Assembly: GCA_977862235.1 (NCBI GenBank)
Contig: OZ374562.1
Coordinates: forward strand, 2,604,001 to 2,668,000
Reading direction: 5' to 3'
Length of the DNA stretch: 64,000 nucleotides
DNA from: Dudresnaya verticillata
Taxonomy: Eukaryota
Below are positions 1 to 13,233 of the stretch, piece by piece (position 1 is the stretch's first letter; each line of letters starts with the position of its first letter). A program made the translations under genes and the position numbers. The notes beneath the pieces are model-generated. The model did no database searches, was not told the DNA's origin, and saw only the letters and a list, made by a program, of their open reading frames with translations.

Positions 1-247
1 TGTAGTCCACCATCGCCAGCTCCATCTTTAATTCGTGTTTCAATAAACCTATTTGGCAAGCTCGCTCGCAACTCCTGACGTATTGAAGAAACCTCGACTT
101 GTCTGACAAACTCTAGAAAAGATGTGAATCACGCCGCATGATTGCGCAGCCCTGATCCACACGACAAATGTTATTTTCGGACACAAAGAGAGTCGCCTAC
201 ACCCTCAACCTACAACACTGGAATCCCACTGGACAGCCTGTGTCTGT

Positions 248-505
248 TCACCTGTCACTTCTAACCATCTTGCGTAGCTTGGAATTCTCCTTCCTCAGTG
301 ATAATTCCTTCGTCCTGAGCTCTTCCCTTCGTTCTCTCAGGTTCTCAATATCCGCAACTAAATTCTCCCTCTTCTCCTTCCTCTTGAGGTTCGACTTCCG
401 AGCCGCTTCGCGGTTGCGATCCCTTCTTTCTTTTGCCTTTCGACGTTTTTCGGCCAGAATCTCTGCATCATTGGCTTCTTTCCGATGGCTGCTCTTTCCG
501 TCCAT
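248..505 (-). CDS. Small bZIP-type transcription factor (85 aa)
   Basis: Basic region RRDRNREAARKSNLKRK followed by five heptad Leu (L-VADIEN-L-RERREE-L-RTKELS-L-RKENSK-L). A/C-rich leader before ATG; TATAAA on the minus strand near 639-644. Confidence 0.75.
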   Translation of the reverse strand: MDGKSSHRKEANDAEILAEKRRKAKERRDRNREAARKSNLKRKEKRENLVADIENLRERREELRTKELSLRKENSKLRKMVRSDR

Positions 506-3500
506 TTTGTCGTTGGTTGGGATATGTAAGCAGTCCTCAAACGGTAAACTTGTCGAATTGAAACTTCGTGATATGTATCTCGATCAACCGATATCCATGA
601 GGGGTAGCGTTCCCCCTCGCAGTGCAGCACTCCAGGCGTTTATAGGATCGGGATGACTATGTTCTCAGTATCCTTGCAGTCAGCCTTTCATGCTTTGGAC
701 ATGTGCATTGCATGCACCTCCTTGCAATAAAGCGTATGGAGGTGGGTGATTGGATGCACCCTGCAACAGCCATGGTTGTACGTAAGCCCCCAATGATGGA
801 GCAACAATCTGGAGGTGACGTCGACCTGCAAGGACGACTCAAGGACCTTCTAAAATTAATACTGGCACCATGCCGCAGCGAGGCAGATGTGAAGCTACTC
901 TCGAGCACTCAGCACCCAAAAGGCGAGATTCTGTTCGTGGGTGTGTTTCGGCTTGCGGCCACGGCGTACCATTCAGGCTCCTCCGAGCGGAGGTCATACT
1001 TCGATATCCCAAAGGGTCAAGAGCGGAGTGGGATCCGCGGAAATGTGCTGCACTGCGTGTTGTCTTTGAATCCGACTCGTCACGATGGGTGTCCGGTGTT
1101 GTCGTCTTGCAATGAGATACGAAGCAGTTGGTTTGCTCATAAGAGCAAGCATAGTAGGTGGAGTGCGGAGCTGTAGCTGTTCGCGCTGTCTGTCGGCCGC
1201 AGTGTGCGCTGTAGGCCCGGACGTCACATGTTGCTTTGCGAGATGTACAAGTCATTCCGCCATTAGTGAAGCCAGGGAAGGCCATGGATGCTGCGCTGTA
1301 CAGAAGTATCTTCAGCTACTGCAGCTCCGCTGTCAGAAGCAGTATCACAAGGTCTACTATGCTTTCTACTGCTAACACCAAGGACGCCATTCACGGGTTG
1401 TAACGGGCGCGTGAAACGATGTCCGTAAACCTGCGCGAGACTCGTCCGGTGTGAGAAACAATGAGAGTCTCAATATGAGACGTTTGTTCACAGTCGCCTC
1501 GCGAGAACACTGCCATGACCACAAGCGCCTGGCGGAATAGAATTCGACACATCCAGCGAGTAGCTGAAGCGAGAATGAGATGTTCGATGCTTGTCACTAG
1601 CGCAATCGTCGAAGCGGTGCGAAGAGGAGAGGAGCTCTCTCGATCAGCAATGCATCGACGGCTGGCTCTCAGCCACCTGAGGCTGATGTGACGACCAAAT
1701 TTTCTCATGCTCACAGCGTCGTAGGCCCCGTTGCCAGCAATTCGCCCCTTTGAAGGTGTCCGCGTGTGCCACCAGGCCCTCCAGCAATGCCGTGCGAGAG
1801 AGCGAGACGGGCGCGCAGCACCGCCTTTGCACGGCCTTCATCTCCCCCTCCACTCACTCTCGCGCGCGCTGGAGGGGTGGGTCAAGCTCAGGGCGGGCCG
1901 ATTCGGCGTATGGAAGGGGCGACCGGAATGACGCGTGAGCGCGGACGTGAGCTGGCACTCAAGCTACAGCAACTCTGGGGGCTGGCTTGGCTATCAAGTT
2001 GTTGTACCGGGTCGCGTCGCGACAGGGAGGACGGGTGCAAAGGCCTTTCGCAACTGCGCGGTTGCATGCGAGGTGGGTGCTTTTTGCGTTTTCGCGTCGT
2101 GGTGCAGTTGGGCGGTGCCCCCTCCTCCACCCGCCACACCTGCTGCATGACGAAGGGCCGTGACGCTGCGCGGAGAACGCGGAGATCGCTGCCAGGACGT
2201 ATTGAAAGCAATGCTTCTACGGCCACGCATGAACACGTCTCGAACGAGGCAGTCATTGCCAGCGTTTGCAGTGCGGGCACTCTCGGTAGACGAGCGCAGC
2301 GCGCCACTTCCAACGCGGACATCGACGCGCGTGCACAGCAGCACGAACGCCAGGCGTCGTCACCACGCGGAGCGTCGGCACTCGCCCGACGTGCGCGCCG
2401 CCGCCAGCGCACCGCGCTGCGCAGCTGGCCGGCGCGGGCGCGGGCGCGGGCGCGAGGCTGCGCGCGGAGACGAGTCCGCGCCGAAGACGAACGCGCCGCC
2501 GACCGTGCTCGAACACGCGCGCGCGGAGGCGCGGCGAGGCGCGGCGAGGCGCAGCGCAGCGCAGCGGCGCGCCGATGCGCCCTCGCGCGCCTTTGCGAGC
2601 TGCGCGCGCGCGGTGAGAAGGCGCCGGGCGTCGCCGGGTGTGCTGCCGTGCGCGGCCGATTTGGCGACGCTGTTGCGGCGGCCGCGATGGCGCCGTGCTG
2701 CAGGCTGTCGGCACGTGCGACACGTGTGCACTCATTTTGCGCCGCGCTGATTCCGCTCGCGCCGCGCGTGTGCTCTCTCTCGTCTGTCCAGGCCGCGCCG
2801 GGAAAAGCGCCTGCGGCCGTGCGGATGGCCTTCGATGACTACCATGACTCCTCGCTCTTAAAAGCCCAAGTCGATCACGCCGATGCAGCTCATCTCTGAG
2901 TCTGCTGTTCTGGGAAACGCTCCGCATCGCATATCGCGACCTTGTCCGAGTAAGAGCCACACGGCAGAGAATCTGCAGAGCGCAACTCGCAGCCTGTTAA
3001 CAGCCCTGCGCTTCCACTCGGAGTGGGAGTGGTCGCCAGTACGGAGGGAAAACCCGATCACAGCACAATCTATGCATCTACGGCAGGCATCAACCCAAGT
3101 TGTCATACATCGTTCACATTGCCGTTCGCCCATGTCGCAATGTGCAACAGGGCAGAGTAGAGCTGCAATCCAAAACCATGCTTTTGCGGAAGATGCGCTC
3201 AACTCTTCAACAACATTCATTTTCAGCCGCAGCGAGCTGTGTTTGTTTGTATCTGAGCCTCCTGTTGAAATGCGCTTCAGCGGTCCTGCGGCACAAACCC
3301 CAAACATCTGGTTTTACAACTCGTCCATTAGAATAGAGTGTGCTGCTCCAGAGTTCCGTACACACTGCGCTGCTGGCAGAGAAGTAATCTAATACTGGAA
3401 AACGTTGGAAAACGGACACTGGGAGAGATGGAAACGAGTCGTGCAATGCGCAACTTGGTGATGCCCCGTTCTAGCATCTCAGAGAGTAACGATGGAGGCC

Positions 3501-4196
3501 GCTCCGACTGCGCTTATGTCCCATCTTTTGAAGAGCTCATTCCATTGCTGACGATTCGGACTGTCCAAAGTATGCTCGGGAAATGATTTGATGGCCTTTT
3601 GTACTGAACAAGGCTGTGTGATGCAGGCCAAAGTCACTTCAGAAGATGGCAACAAAGCCAAAGTTGGCGACGCGCATCTGACAAATGCTCAAAAACATGA
3701 ACGAGCGCCCAGCATGTGCTCTCAAGCTATCAAATGCTATTACTACCCAAGTTTGGGCCGACGTTTATAACGGCAAAATACTGTTCAGGATCGACAAGAG
3801 CTCTTTGTCCAAACAAGCCTTAGAAGAAATAGATATGAAGAGATATGATCAGCACTACGTGAAACTGCGGAACGGTGGTGAGGGCGGAATGTGCAGTCGA
3901 TTGGCGAAGTTAGTTGCACAGCCGTCCAATATAAGGCCGGCAACCAGCTGACAACTTGACGAGCTCAACAGCGCCACAAGTAATGAGGGCGACAAAAGCA
4001 TCTGAAAACGACCGCATCAATATAAAAGTATGAGGGCAGAGATGCCCTCTATTCAGCGAGATGGTACTAGCCCCATAAGGGCGCTTAGCAAAGATCAGGG
4101 CCTCTAGACCATAGTCAAGCAGCTTACGCCGATTAACAACCACAACAACCACAACAACGTACTGGAGAACTAATGAAGTGAGACGAGTGAGGAGGG

Positions 4197-4240
4197 ATAA
4201 TTTCTCAGCAGTAGGGGATGTCCCCTACTGCTAGAATTAT
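4197..4240. repeat. Near-perfect inverted repeat / hairpin
   Basis: ataatttctcagcagtagggga-tg-tcccctactgctagaattat: 12-bp perfect core stem, extends to ~20 bp with two bulges. Confidence 0.8.
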
Positions 4241-5567
4241 AAAAAGCCATGCAAGCAACTTCCACTACATGTACACTAGGTCTCATGCTTCAATCCATTA
4301 CTGTGGTCACGAGGGAACAAGGCCAGTGGTACTGCTTGTTTGCAGCTTAAGAGAAAATGAGTGCTGTTGCCTACTTCCCTTCAGATGAGCTCACAGCGTT
4401 TTCGCCTCCGTGGCAAGTTGCTCTCTCTCTCTCTCTCTCTCGCTCTCTATATCTCTCTCATGCGGGAAAACTGCGGAAAGAGACCGATAAATCGTCCATT
4501 TGCTGCTGGGGCGGAGGGAGTCTGCAACTGTACATGTATGTTCCGACACTTTCCCTAGTGCAGAATAGAGTGCACAGTTATCTCCTCGGCCAACCAGGGA
4601 TACACAGCTCTGCGAAGAACGTGTGTCAAACAAAGGTAGGTTTCGGGGTAAAGTTATGATGGTCAGCGGGCGGAGTTGAAGTTGATGCATTTTTTTAATC
4701 CATATGAAGTGGCGGAAGAGATAGTTGCTTCAAAGAAATACTGCACTTTTCAGCAAGCAATGGATGTTACGGAATGCAATGGAGAGGAGCACACAGTCAA
4801 CCAACTTTTGTCGAGATTGACTGCAACGTCAGTAAGAGATGCATGTCTTGCCAGAAATGACTGCGATCAACTGCGTATGGCTTTGAGGCTGTTATAGCGT
4901 TCTCAACACTCACAGTTGGAGAAAAGTGCACTAATGAATGATACTCCGGAATGATCGAATTGCAAACGGGATTATCCTCCACGGACACGCACAAGTACAA
5001 AAGTTTTAGAGTGATGAGTGTGAAGCTTCCTCATTTCCACAACGGACCCGGTTGGACAGCACGCGGCAGTATCGACAAAGTACACTGCAGAAAGGTTCGC
5101 CCTGTATTCGACACTGGCGGACACTGCCCGCAGCTTGGTCCAATGTACCCTTGTTGCTTTGCCCCTCACGGACCTCGCGTTAGGATCGGTTTAGGATTAG
5201 GATAAGATACGTTGTGGGGTTTGCCACAGCGGAAGGAAGGTAAAGCTATCCGCCACACTCGTGAACATCTGAAAGAGAGATGACGCAAGGCTTTGCTGTG
5301 CATTGCTATCGGAGGTGAGACAGGTGCACTCGGTTGCTACACGTCCATCAAACTTGGACAGCGTCATATCATATATTATACCGTTCAGTTGGCACCAATT
5401 GTTGTTGCGCAATTGCGTCTTGTCGGTCCGAAATCGTAAGCCATTGGCGGTATTACCGCAGCTCCACCAGCGGCGCGTGCGCGCACCGGACCAACGTACG
5501 TTATTGTGATCACCTCGCCACCACCTCGCCACCATATATGATGCTCTACTGTATATAAAGTTTGAGA

Positions 5568-5600
<33 letters not shown>

Positions 5601-5607
5601 AGCGCGC
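5568..5607. repeat. Compound (CT)n(CG)n microsatellite
   Basis: tctctctc...ctcgcgcgcgcgcgcgagcgcgc read directly. Other (CT)/(GA) tracts at ~4422-4459, ~46856-46897 and ~48504-48535. Confidence 0.9.
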
Positions 5608-6912
5608 AAATGCAATCCCGGGTCTTGGCTGTCCCAGCGAGGACGCGGGTGCAAGCAGGCATATGATACCAGCCTTCCATCGGGCTGCGCACACTGCACA
5701 CGCACACTATTTACTCCCCTTTGACGGGAAACCCTTTTCATTCTTTTTCGAATATACCGACCGTACTGTAGTGCCGACATTGACATTATCTACTACGTCT
5801 TCGACTCGCTGCCGGCGATTTCACACCGACCTATGTAACTAACAGGTTCACTAGTCTTTCACGAGGACAGCAGACCTTCAGCACAAAAGGTCTTCTTCTA
5901 TTATATGCAAGCAAGAGCAAGCATTCCTTTAATCGCAACATTCACCATGACACTGTTGATTACGAAATGAGACATCTACAACGATATATCCAACTCGATA
6001 GGATAACCATCACTTGAAATAGCTGTGTAACGCAATTCTCTGTAACTACCTTCTCTTACACACCTCCTCTAAGCATCTCCGAGTGTCGGACACCGAGAGC
6101 CCAACGCATCTCGTGCTTTCCTTAGGCAACTTGGCCCGTTGCTGCAACCGTTTTTCCCACTCCTTTGTCGCCGCTAATGCATCTACCCTTCGTACCACAA
6201 CCGTTCCTCACCAGAAGGGCCGCCCTACACACAGATGTGAAAAACACCAGCTCACAACGATACGTCGCCGCACAATGTCCCTGCTGTCACAGCAGCCCGC
6301 TCTGTCGCGCGGGAGGTCTCGCAGTCAAAATCTCATTGACCCAAGTTGCACGATACACTGCCGTTGTGTGGCGATGTATATTACACGCACGTGAGTTTGC
6401 ACTGCTCTAGTGTTGAGCTCAGCTTCCATCAATCGTCCCACAACACCCCCATGGCCCTCAACTCTCACTTGTGAGGCCCTTCGTTTCTCACACTTTCTTG
6501 AGAGTTTCCGCGTTCCCGCGAGCTCGTTGCTATCTGCGCAACGAAGATGGAACAATTGGTGCAGCCTAAGACCCCGCACATTTCACCAGTATTCCTCAGC
6601 TCGCAAATAAAAGGCTATAGGTATAGCAGACAACGACAGCACTTCCCGGTCAATGTGCTCTGCTGTCACACCGCGCAATTACTGATACACAAATGCACTG
6701 CATAAATCCGTCCCTCAATTCTTTAGTTGCGAAGCCCGCAGTTTCCTACAGCACAGCAGAGTATCAACATGAAATTACCGTCTTTCGATCGCCCGGTAAC
6801 TACCTTTCCCTGACCTCTCGTGACCACTGATCGGAGAACATTCGCAGACTTAAATATCCACACCAACTGACCATACCTTCTTGCAGTAGACCGTCACCAC
6901 ACATCCCCTACC

Positions 6913-8043
6913 ATGAAGACCCTTTTTCCCTATGTGGTCACCCTGTCGCTTTTGTTTTTTCTCCCCCTAATCCGCTGCTCCCCGATCACTGGCATCAGGC
7001 GCTACCCTTCTATTCATGCGAGTTATTTTCAGATTACAAAGCGCCATGTGCCAACTGGTACTGAGCTGACAAAAACTTCGAGAAACCGACTCTGCCTCTT
7101 GATCCTACGGCTTCTCCAAAAATTGCGAGAAGCAATACGGAACGCAAGGAAGGCAAAAAATGCCATCAAGAAGGCAAAACAAAGGGCCCAAAAGCTCAGA
7201 CAGCAAGCTCAGAAAGCAAAGGAGAAGGTTAACCGCCTTAAGACTAAGCTTGGTAACGCGCAGAAAAAAACAAAGAAGGCACAGGATAAGCTGAAGAAGG
7301 CGCAGAAGAAGGCGAAAGAAGCTCAAGCAAAAGCAGACAAAGCGCAGAAGGATCTGACGAAGATTGAAAAGAAGATTACCGCTGCTACAAAAAAGCTCGC
7401 GACGCGGGCAGCCAAGCTAGCTATAGATGTCGCAACGTTGAGCACTGCAGAGCAAGACCTCGCAGACATCATCGACTTCTGGAAGGATGAACCGGATAGC
7501 GCGAAGAAGGACAGGCAGATTGACCGGGCTCAGGATAAGGTCGACAAGGCGCAGCAAAAGGTGGACGATGCGGAGAAAGAAGTTGAGGCCGCTGAGAAGG
7601 AACTGGAAGAGGCCGAGGGAGATAAGCAAGACGCCGAAAAGGAACTACAAGACGCGCAAGAGGAAAAGGAGGAGGCCAGCAACGAGGCAGATGCAGTTGT
7701 AGAAGAAATCAAACAAGCTCTCAAGGCTGCGGAGGATGCGGCAAAAGAGCTGAAAGATGCCGAGGACGACGCTGAGGATGCGGAAAAGGCCAGAGACGAC
7801 GCGAAACAGGATGTATCGGACGCGGAGACTGAATCGCAACAGGCCGATGCCGCGAAGGATGCAGCGCAAAATGAATATGACAACGCGTCTTGTCCCACTC
7901 CAACTCCTACAAGATCGCAAACAACTCGGATTTTGATGGTAACTGGCGATGAAGAAGCAGTGCGCAAGAAGAGACTCGCGCACTACAATTCTGTGCTGCC
8001 TGCCGCCGGTGTGATTATCAATGGGCCACAATTGCGCGAGTAG
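6913..8043 (+). CDS. Secreted long coiled-coil protein (376 aa), basic N-half and acidic C-half
   Basis: Long ORF with hydrophobic signal peptide (MKTLFPYVVTLSLLFFLPLIRC), Ala/Lys/Gln/Glu heptad-rich body and PTPTPT linker. TAAATA at ~6851. Confidence 0.85.
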   Translation: MKTLFPYVVTLSLLFFLPLIRCSPITGIRRYPSIHASYFQITKRHVPTGTELTKTSRNRLCLLILRLLQKLREAIRNARKAKNAIKKAKQRAQKLRQQAQKAKEKVNRLKTKLGNAQKKTKKAQDKLKKAQKKAKEAQAKADKAQKDLTKIEKKITAATKKLATRAAKLAIDVATLSTAEQDLADIIDFWKDEPDSAKKDRQIDRAQDKVDKAQQKVDDAEKEVEAAEKELEEAEGDKQDAEKELQDAQEEKEEASNEADAVVEEIKQALKAAEDAAKELKDAEDDAEDAEKARDDAKQDVSDAETESQQADAAKDAAQNEYDNASCPTPTPTRSQTTRILMVTGDEEAVRKKRLAHYNSVLPAAGVIINGPQLRE

Positions 8044-11000
8044 GACCACCACAAGAATAGAAGATTACAATTCAGGGTACTGGGGAGCGCGGTGTGCGAA
8101 AGACCAAGTTAGAGCAGTCAAGATGCCCATCGCATCAAGTCACAAGCATGTTTTTGCAGATCTCTGTAGAGCTTTGTTTCCAATCCCTTGCTTGATACTT
8201 GCTATGCACTGTACTCGGGGGAAATCACTTTAGCATAGAGATGATAGCAAGGGAGTCACTCGTACGGAGTGTCTCAACTATTCTATTGTAATGCAGACGC
8301 AGACGACGATAATTAACACATAAAGAGGTCTACTGTATGACGAAAGAAACAATGCGGGTAGTCAAGGAGTGCTTCCCAGAAAGCAGAGTTGTGCCTTTGT
8401 TCTCAGGTTAAGAGTGAAGAATTGTAATCGGAACAGAAAGCATCTATTCGGCTTGCCTTATTCTATGTATATCTCCCTGAAAGCGCGCACGTGTCGAGTT
8501 GAGATAGCAGTGGGACTTTGGTTAGTTCTGTGCAGTATAGGGGAGCCGATCGGGAACGAGTACGAAAGTGTTTGTACTGTTTTTGTACAGTGTATGGTAC
8601 GGGAGAACGGTACTTCCTGTGACACTCCTCTCCACACTACGATGGATAGCATGAATGGTTTTCCGCAGAGTATCATACCCTCCCTTCCTCCCTTCCTTCC
8701 TTCCCGCAGGACTGCCGTTTACAATGTCATGTCACGTCCTCGAGCATTGAACCCAACCCCTTCGTAGGCAACCGGAGGAACGCGACCTTCTAAAGTAAGG
8801 GCAATGCGCAATAGCAATAGCAATAGCAAATTGAGTTGCTGAGTGCAAATTGCAATTCTTGTTGCAGTGACAATGTATATGGCAACATATTGCAGTGATA
8901 ACGCATACGTATTAATCATCACCCGCCATTAATTATCGTCGTACGGTATAAGGCCGTTCCTTCTTGGCGTGCGTCTTGACTGTGCTGGTGCGCTTGTAAT
9001 TGGGACCCGAAAAGGGCACCTAAATAGTATACTAAGCGATCAGATTGTAACTCATACGGGGGACGAGTAACGCAGACAGCGTTATACAATAGGAAGAAAG
9101 AAACGATAAGGGTGATCAACGAGTGTTTCTCAGACACCAGGGGCGTATCCTTCTTCTCAACATGGAAATGGGCACACGCCTCAACTCCCGTTTCGGGCCC
9201 AGTCCCAGCACAAACATAATGTCCAGATACCAGCACCATTCGGTAACTCACCTGAAGCATGTCACCGATCCTCACTGTCTCCCTTTCTCCTCTAGAGGAA
9301 CATACGACATTAGCTTTACAACGCTAATCCATCCACGACATGCTGTGTTCCCCGCTCATTGTCTACTGCTATCCGCTGTGCGCCGATGACTGTTTCCTTG
9401 TGCACTTACCGAAGTACTGCAAGTAGTGGAAGAAGATGGTAAAATTTGCTCTTGACCCTCCACACACACACACGAGTTTATGCCATGCTATCGTTCTACT
9501 CGCTGTTTTGCTGTCACACCATTGCTGACCAAGAAAGTTTCTGAAATATAATGGATCAATAGTGCGATGCTCAGCAGCTTCGAGACTTGGGAGAGTGGTC
9601 GCAGAAAGAAGTTCGCAGCTCCGTTCTTGCCAAGTATTATTATTCGTGATTTCTTCTGGGTAACGCCTAGGATTCCTGTGGTAGCTTCCAAGAACAGAGT
9701 TCCTGCCGGGGTCGTAAGCGACCTCGCTCCGTCAGTTTACTTTTAGCCTTTAGAGGACTATTAAGTCACTACGCGGATGACTAGTTGTCAGTTTGTGCCT
9801 CGGTTGAGCTCATGCAGAGCTTTGCCGACCGTTTTGCCTTTTGCCTTCCCGACTTTACTGTGCCCATTGGTACATTTATTTTTCCTACTATCTATCTCTC
9901 ACGCTACGCAGCGCTTTAACTCGGATTACCCGGACGTTGTTACACTTTCCATTGCTTCCGGGGACCCTTAAAATAATGGGACTGGTAAGTTCAGGCAATT
10001 GATGGTCCTGAGAAAAATAATCATAATACCCGTCGGAAGAGCAGGTACCGACTGGAATAAAATGAGTTCCTGTCTGCGAGAATGTTGTTATGGACAGAGT
10101 AGTCTCCAGGAAGCCAGAGATGGCAGGGAAAACAAAGCCCCGGGAGCTATCTCTATATAGATATATCTCGATATTTAGGAGGCGAATTCGCGGGCGGTTG
10201 AAATAATCCAGTCTGAAGCACAGCGAGGAAAGCATCCATATTTCCAGACAGAAATGAACGAGGAGTCTGTCCTCAAATGCATCTTTGTCAAGGCACCATT
10301 GTCCATGTATTCTGTGTTTCTATTTTCTGCAAGGTAGAAAAGGCGAATTCCAACGGAAGGACCTTCCTCACTCATCAAACGCATGATGCCAAGTTTCTAG
10401 ATCTTGTGGGGACCTCTTCTTGTTTCGAGAACGTGAGAGTTCGTTTGGATAAAAATCTCCAGAGCCACAGGTGCCGGGCTGCTCTGAGGGTAGAAACCTG
10501 ACACGCACTCAGCTGCATACGCCAGGGAGAAGTAGATAGGGACTATACCAATAATCAGAATAAGGTGTTCACTGTTAAGAATTGAAGTCGTCGACCGCCT
10601 GTTTGCTATGAATCATGTTTATTGTAACCATACTTATGTGCTTTCGTTGTGGACTATGGTTGGGGCATCGGCATCGGCTATAATGCATTGGCAGATTCTA
10701 TCGAGCAATTGCACGCTCATTGAGCTGGCCATTTCCGCCTTACGTCACAAAAAGACTATCTCTTTTCGCAGTGAGCATCCTTTCCCTGTATGGAGTGACA
10801 ACTCTCGACAAATTTGGAGTCCGGATAACCAATGTTGCCTATGGAAAAAGTACAAGACCTGGAGATTTGCGTTGGTATCGCACAGTTTGGTGGAACTGTA
10901 ATCCTTTTCTTGAATGGCAGCACGGGAGTTAGTGTTGTAGTCGACTTCTCAAGTTGAGTCGAGGATAGCAACCGGCATGGTGTGGTGTGCAGCTTTAAAT

Positions 11001-13233
11001 AGTCAGGCTGAATACCTCTTCGGCTGTGAAGCGCTGGTCGTGCGCAGTACAGCTGCAGGTTCTGCTACGCCATTACCACAGCTTCTCCCAAAAAAAAGGT
11101 AAGGAAGAAGTACCTTCGCCTGTCGACGTTCCTCCTCCCTGCGCCCGAACTTGTAGAACTTCAGAACTCATCCCTCCAAGAAGGGCTTCGTGACAACTTT
11201 TCATCGAACTTTACGCTCCAATGGACAGGAAGTGGGCCATACTGCACTGAAACACTGATATTCTTTTCAGGCCCTCTCTTGCATGGCTCAGCAAAGTCTT
11301 TTGAACATACTAAGTACAAACAGATTGGAGCCGAGCATTCTGTAAGCCGCTTTCCGTTCTCGGTCGCAGTTTCTTTTCGAGCTGTGGTGATTGGTGCCGT
11401 TCTTTCTGGCGAGAGATTGATGCTGCAAATATGTTGAGCTCTGAATGCAAGCTCTACTGCTTATACAATTGGAGGCCGGCATGTTCGAGCAGAACTATTC
11501 CCTAAAACGCAACGTTCCACCTTTTAATTCGGCCAATTTCGTTCGACACAGCTCTTCGATACCAGAGAGCTGCTGAACATAACATCCTGAGGGACCAGAC
11601 AGAAATTATTCTTCCACTTCTAGATCCACATGACAATTCGAATGATTGCGTAATTACCCCAGTAGGATGACGCTTCGTGTAAACTACTCTTCGTAACTAT
11701 AGAATTCACAAGTTATCAACGTCCATAGTGGCAGTGGCTGTCACTCACAATTTCTTAGTTCGACCCAGTCAAAATGCGTTTGAAAGCGAACTTTGCGAAT
11801 TGAATGGGCGATGTTACTGACATCACATAGTGCAGAAATGCGGTACGGCTTTAGCCAAAAAGTCTGGACTTACACTTGCAACCCATGAGGGGTGATACGA
11901 GGTGAGATCACATCTCTCCTCTCTGCAACCACCCTATCACGGATCCAAATCAAGCTATGCATACCTAGCTAGCTCGTCACGTCTCGACATATCTGCGGTC
12001 ATAGGCCTCTTGCTGTCTTCGCCTTCGTTGCATTTAGATCCGTTGCATTCTGCAACGCCGCATCAGCATAGCAAATAAATACTTCTCAGTTCCACAGTCA
12101 CACGGCGGTAGAAGTTAGGATGATCCTGGAACCGCACATAGGCAAAACACATGTCTTTTCACCTGCTGCTCCGCTGCTCTACTCGCACCTTAATTGCTCG
12201 GTATATCTTACCTGAGAAAATGTGTACATGACAACGCATGGTTTATTCTTTCCACGTCTCCCGCACTTCATATTGAGATTGAAAGGCAGCTGTCATCACT
12301 TTGGCAACTAACTAATTGTCGGAACAAGACGCGAAAGTAGCAGTACCATTCGACAAACCCGCACCAGCACCCGCTGGAATCTGCCAAGTAGAATGCCATC
12401 ACGAATTTTCTTTGAGACATATGTCTAAAGAACCCAGCGAGTAGAATGGCTTCCAAGCTCATGAAAAGAGCATCCGAAGCCATCGTTACAATGGTACCTT
12501 AAGAGGGATCTGTCGATCTCGAAGGGAAACTCAACTCCAGGCTTTCTGCATGCTTTGCGTCGTACGAAGAACTCGTTATGTTTGCGTCCTCCTAGTACAC
12601 TGGTATGTTTAACCGGACCACGGTAAAAAAAGGCCTGGCCACGCCAGTGTTGTAATGTGCTCCAAATTAAACCATATTGAGGAACTATTGTTGTCATTCT
12701 CCTACTTACTTTTTGCAGTTACCTATCCGGTCAGATCCGGTCTACACATCACCATCGAACTTGAAATTGGAAACAATTCTACTTGCCATGGATGTCTGCT
12801 ATGTTCGGATGCTACGTTTTGAATGACAAGGCTCTAAAGCTCAGATTGTTTTACTCCCCGTGAATCTCAACAACCATAGTTCGCGAATTTCGTGACTAGC
12901 ATAACTGTAACAATGCGCTACAAGCAGCCGCAATACCAATGGAAAATCGTCTAGCGAGACAAAAATAGAGATTGGAAATACAGAGATATTGTGATAATGG
13001 CGAAATTCAATCACAAGCGGCGCGTCAGATACTCCCTTTCGAGCAGCTAACTGGGTGCTTTGTGCATCCCGTCTTGTCTACACATGAGTTGAGATCCTAT
13101 CTTATCGGAAATGTATACAATGGTATAAAAAGAGCAAACGGATTGGTTCCGAAGGCAGCTCCTCAACAACCCCGACCGGCCAAGCAACCCAAACTTGCAA
13201 GTGCAGTGAGATTTCTTCTTCTACGCAACTGCA

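Noticed and set aside
1766..2960. Long overlapping Arg/Ala-rich ORFs (377, 235, 196 aa)
   Set aside because: By-product of a very GC-rich, stop-poor island with (gcggc)-type repeats; open in most frames; no motifs.
4207..4234. Helitron 3' end (hairpin plus CTAG)
   Set aside because: The CTAG overlaps the stem instead of lying ~10 nt downstream, is not followed by T, and no matching 5' end or Rep/helicase remnant is seen.
700..5200. Broken reading frames either side of the GC island, possibly a decayed two-gene DNA transposon
   Set aside because: Protein-like fragments with stops and frameshifts, but no catalytic motif or terminal repeats that I can identify.
5181..5204. Telomere-like ttagga repeats
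   Set aside because: Only three imperfect units; compatible with chance.
7105..8052. Antisense ORFs over the coiled-coil gene (likewise over the repeat-protein, malectin, SOD and LINE regions)
   Set aside because: Shadow frames caused by codon bias and repeats of the real sense-strand genes.
8021..8233. Frameshifted C-terminal extension of the coiled-coil gene (GHNCASR...YWGARC)
   Set aside because: Plausible with a 1-bp indel at ggg near 8023, but unsupported without reads or homologues.
9400..12700. Possible pseudogene remnants on the minus strand
   Set aside because: Short frames with frequent stops; no family recognisable.
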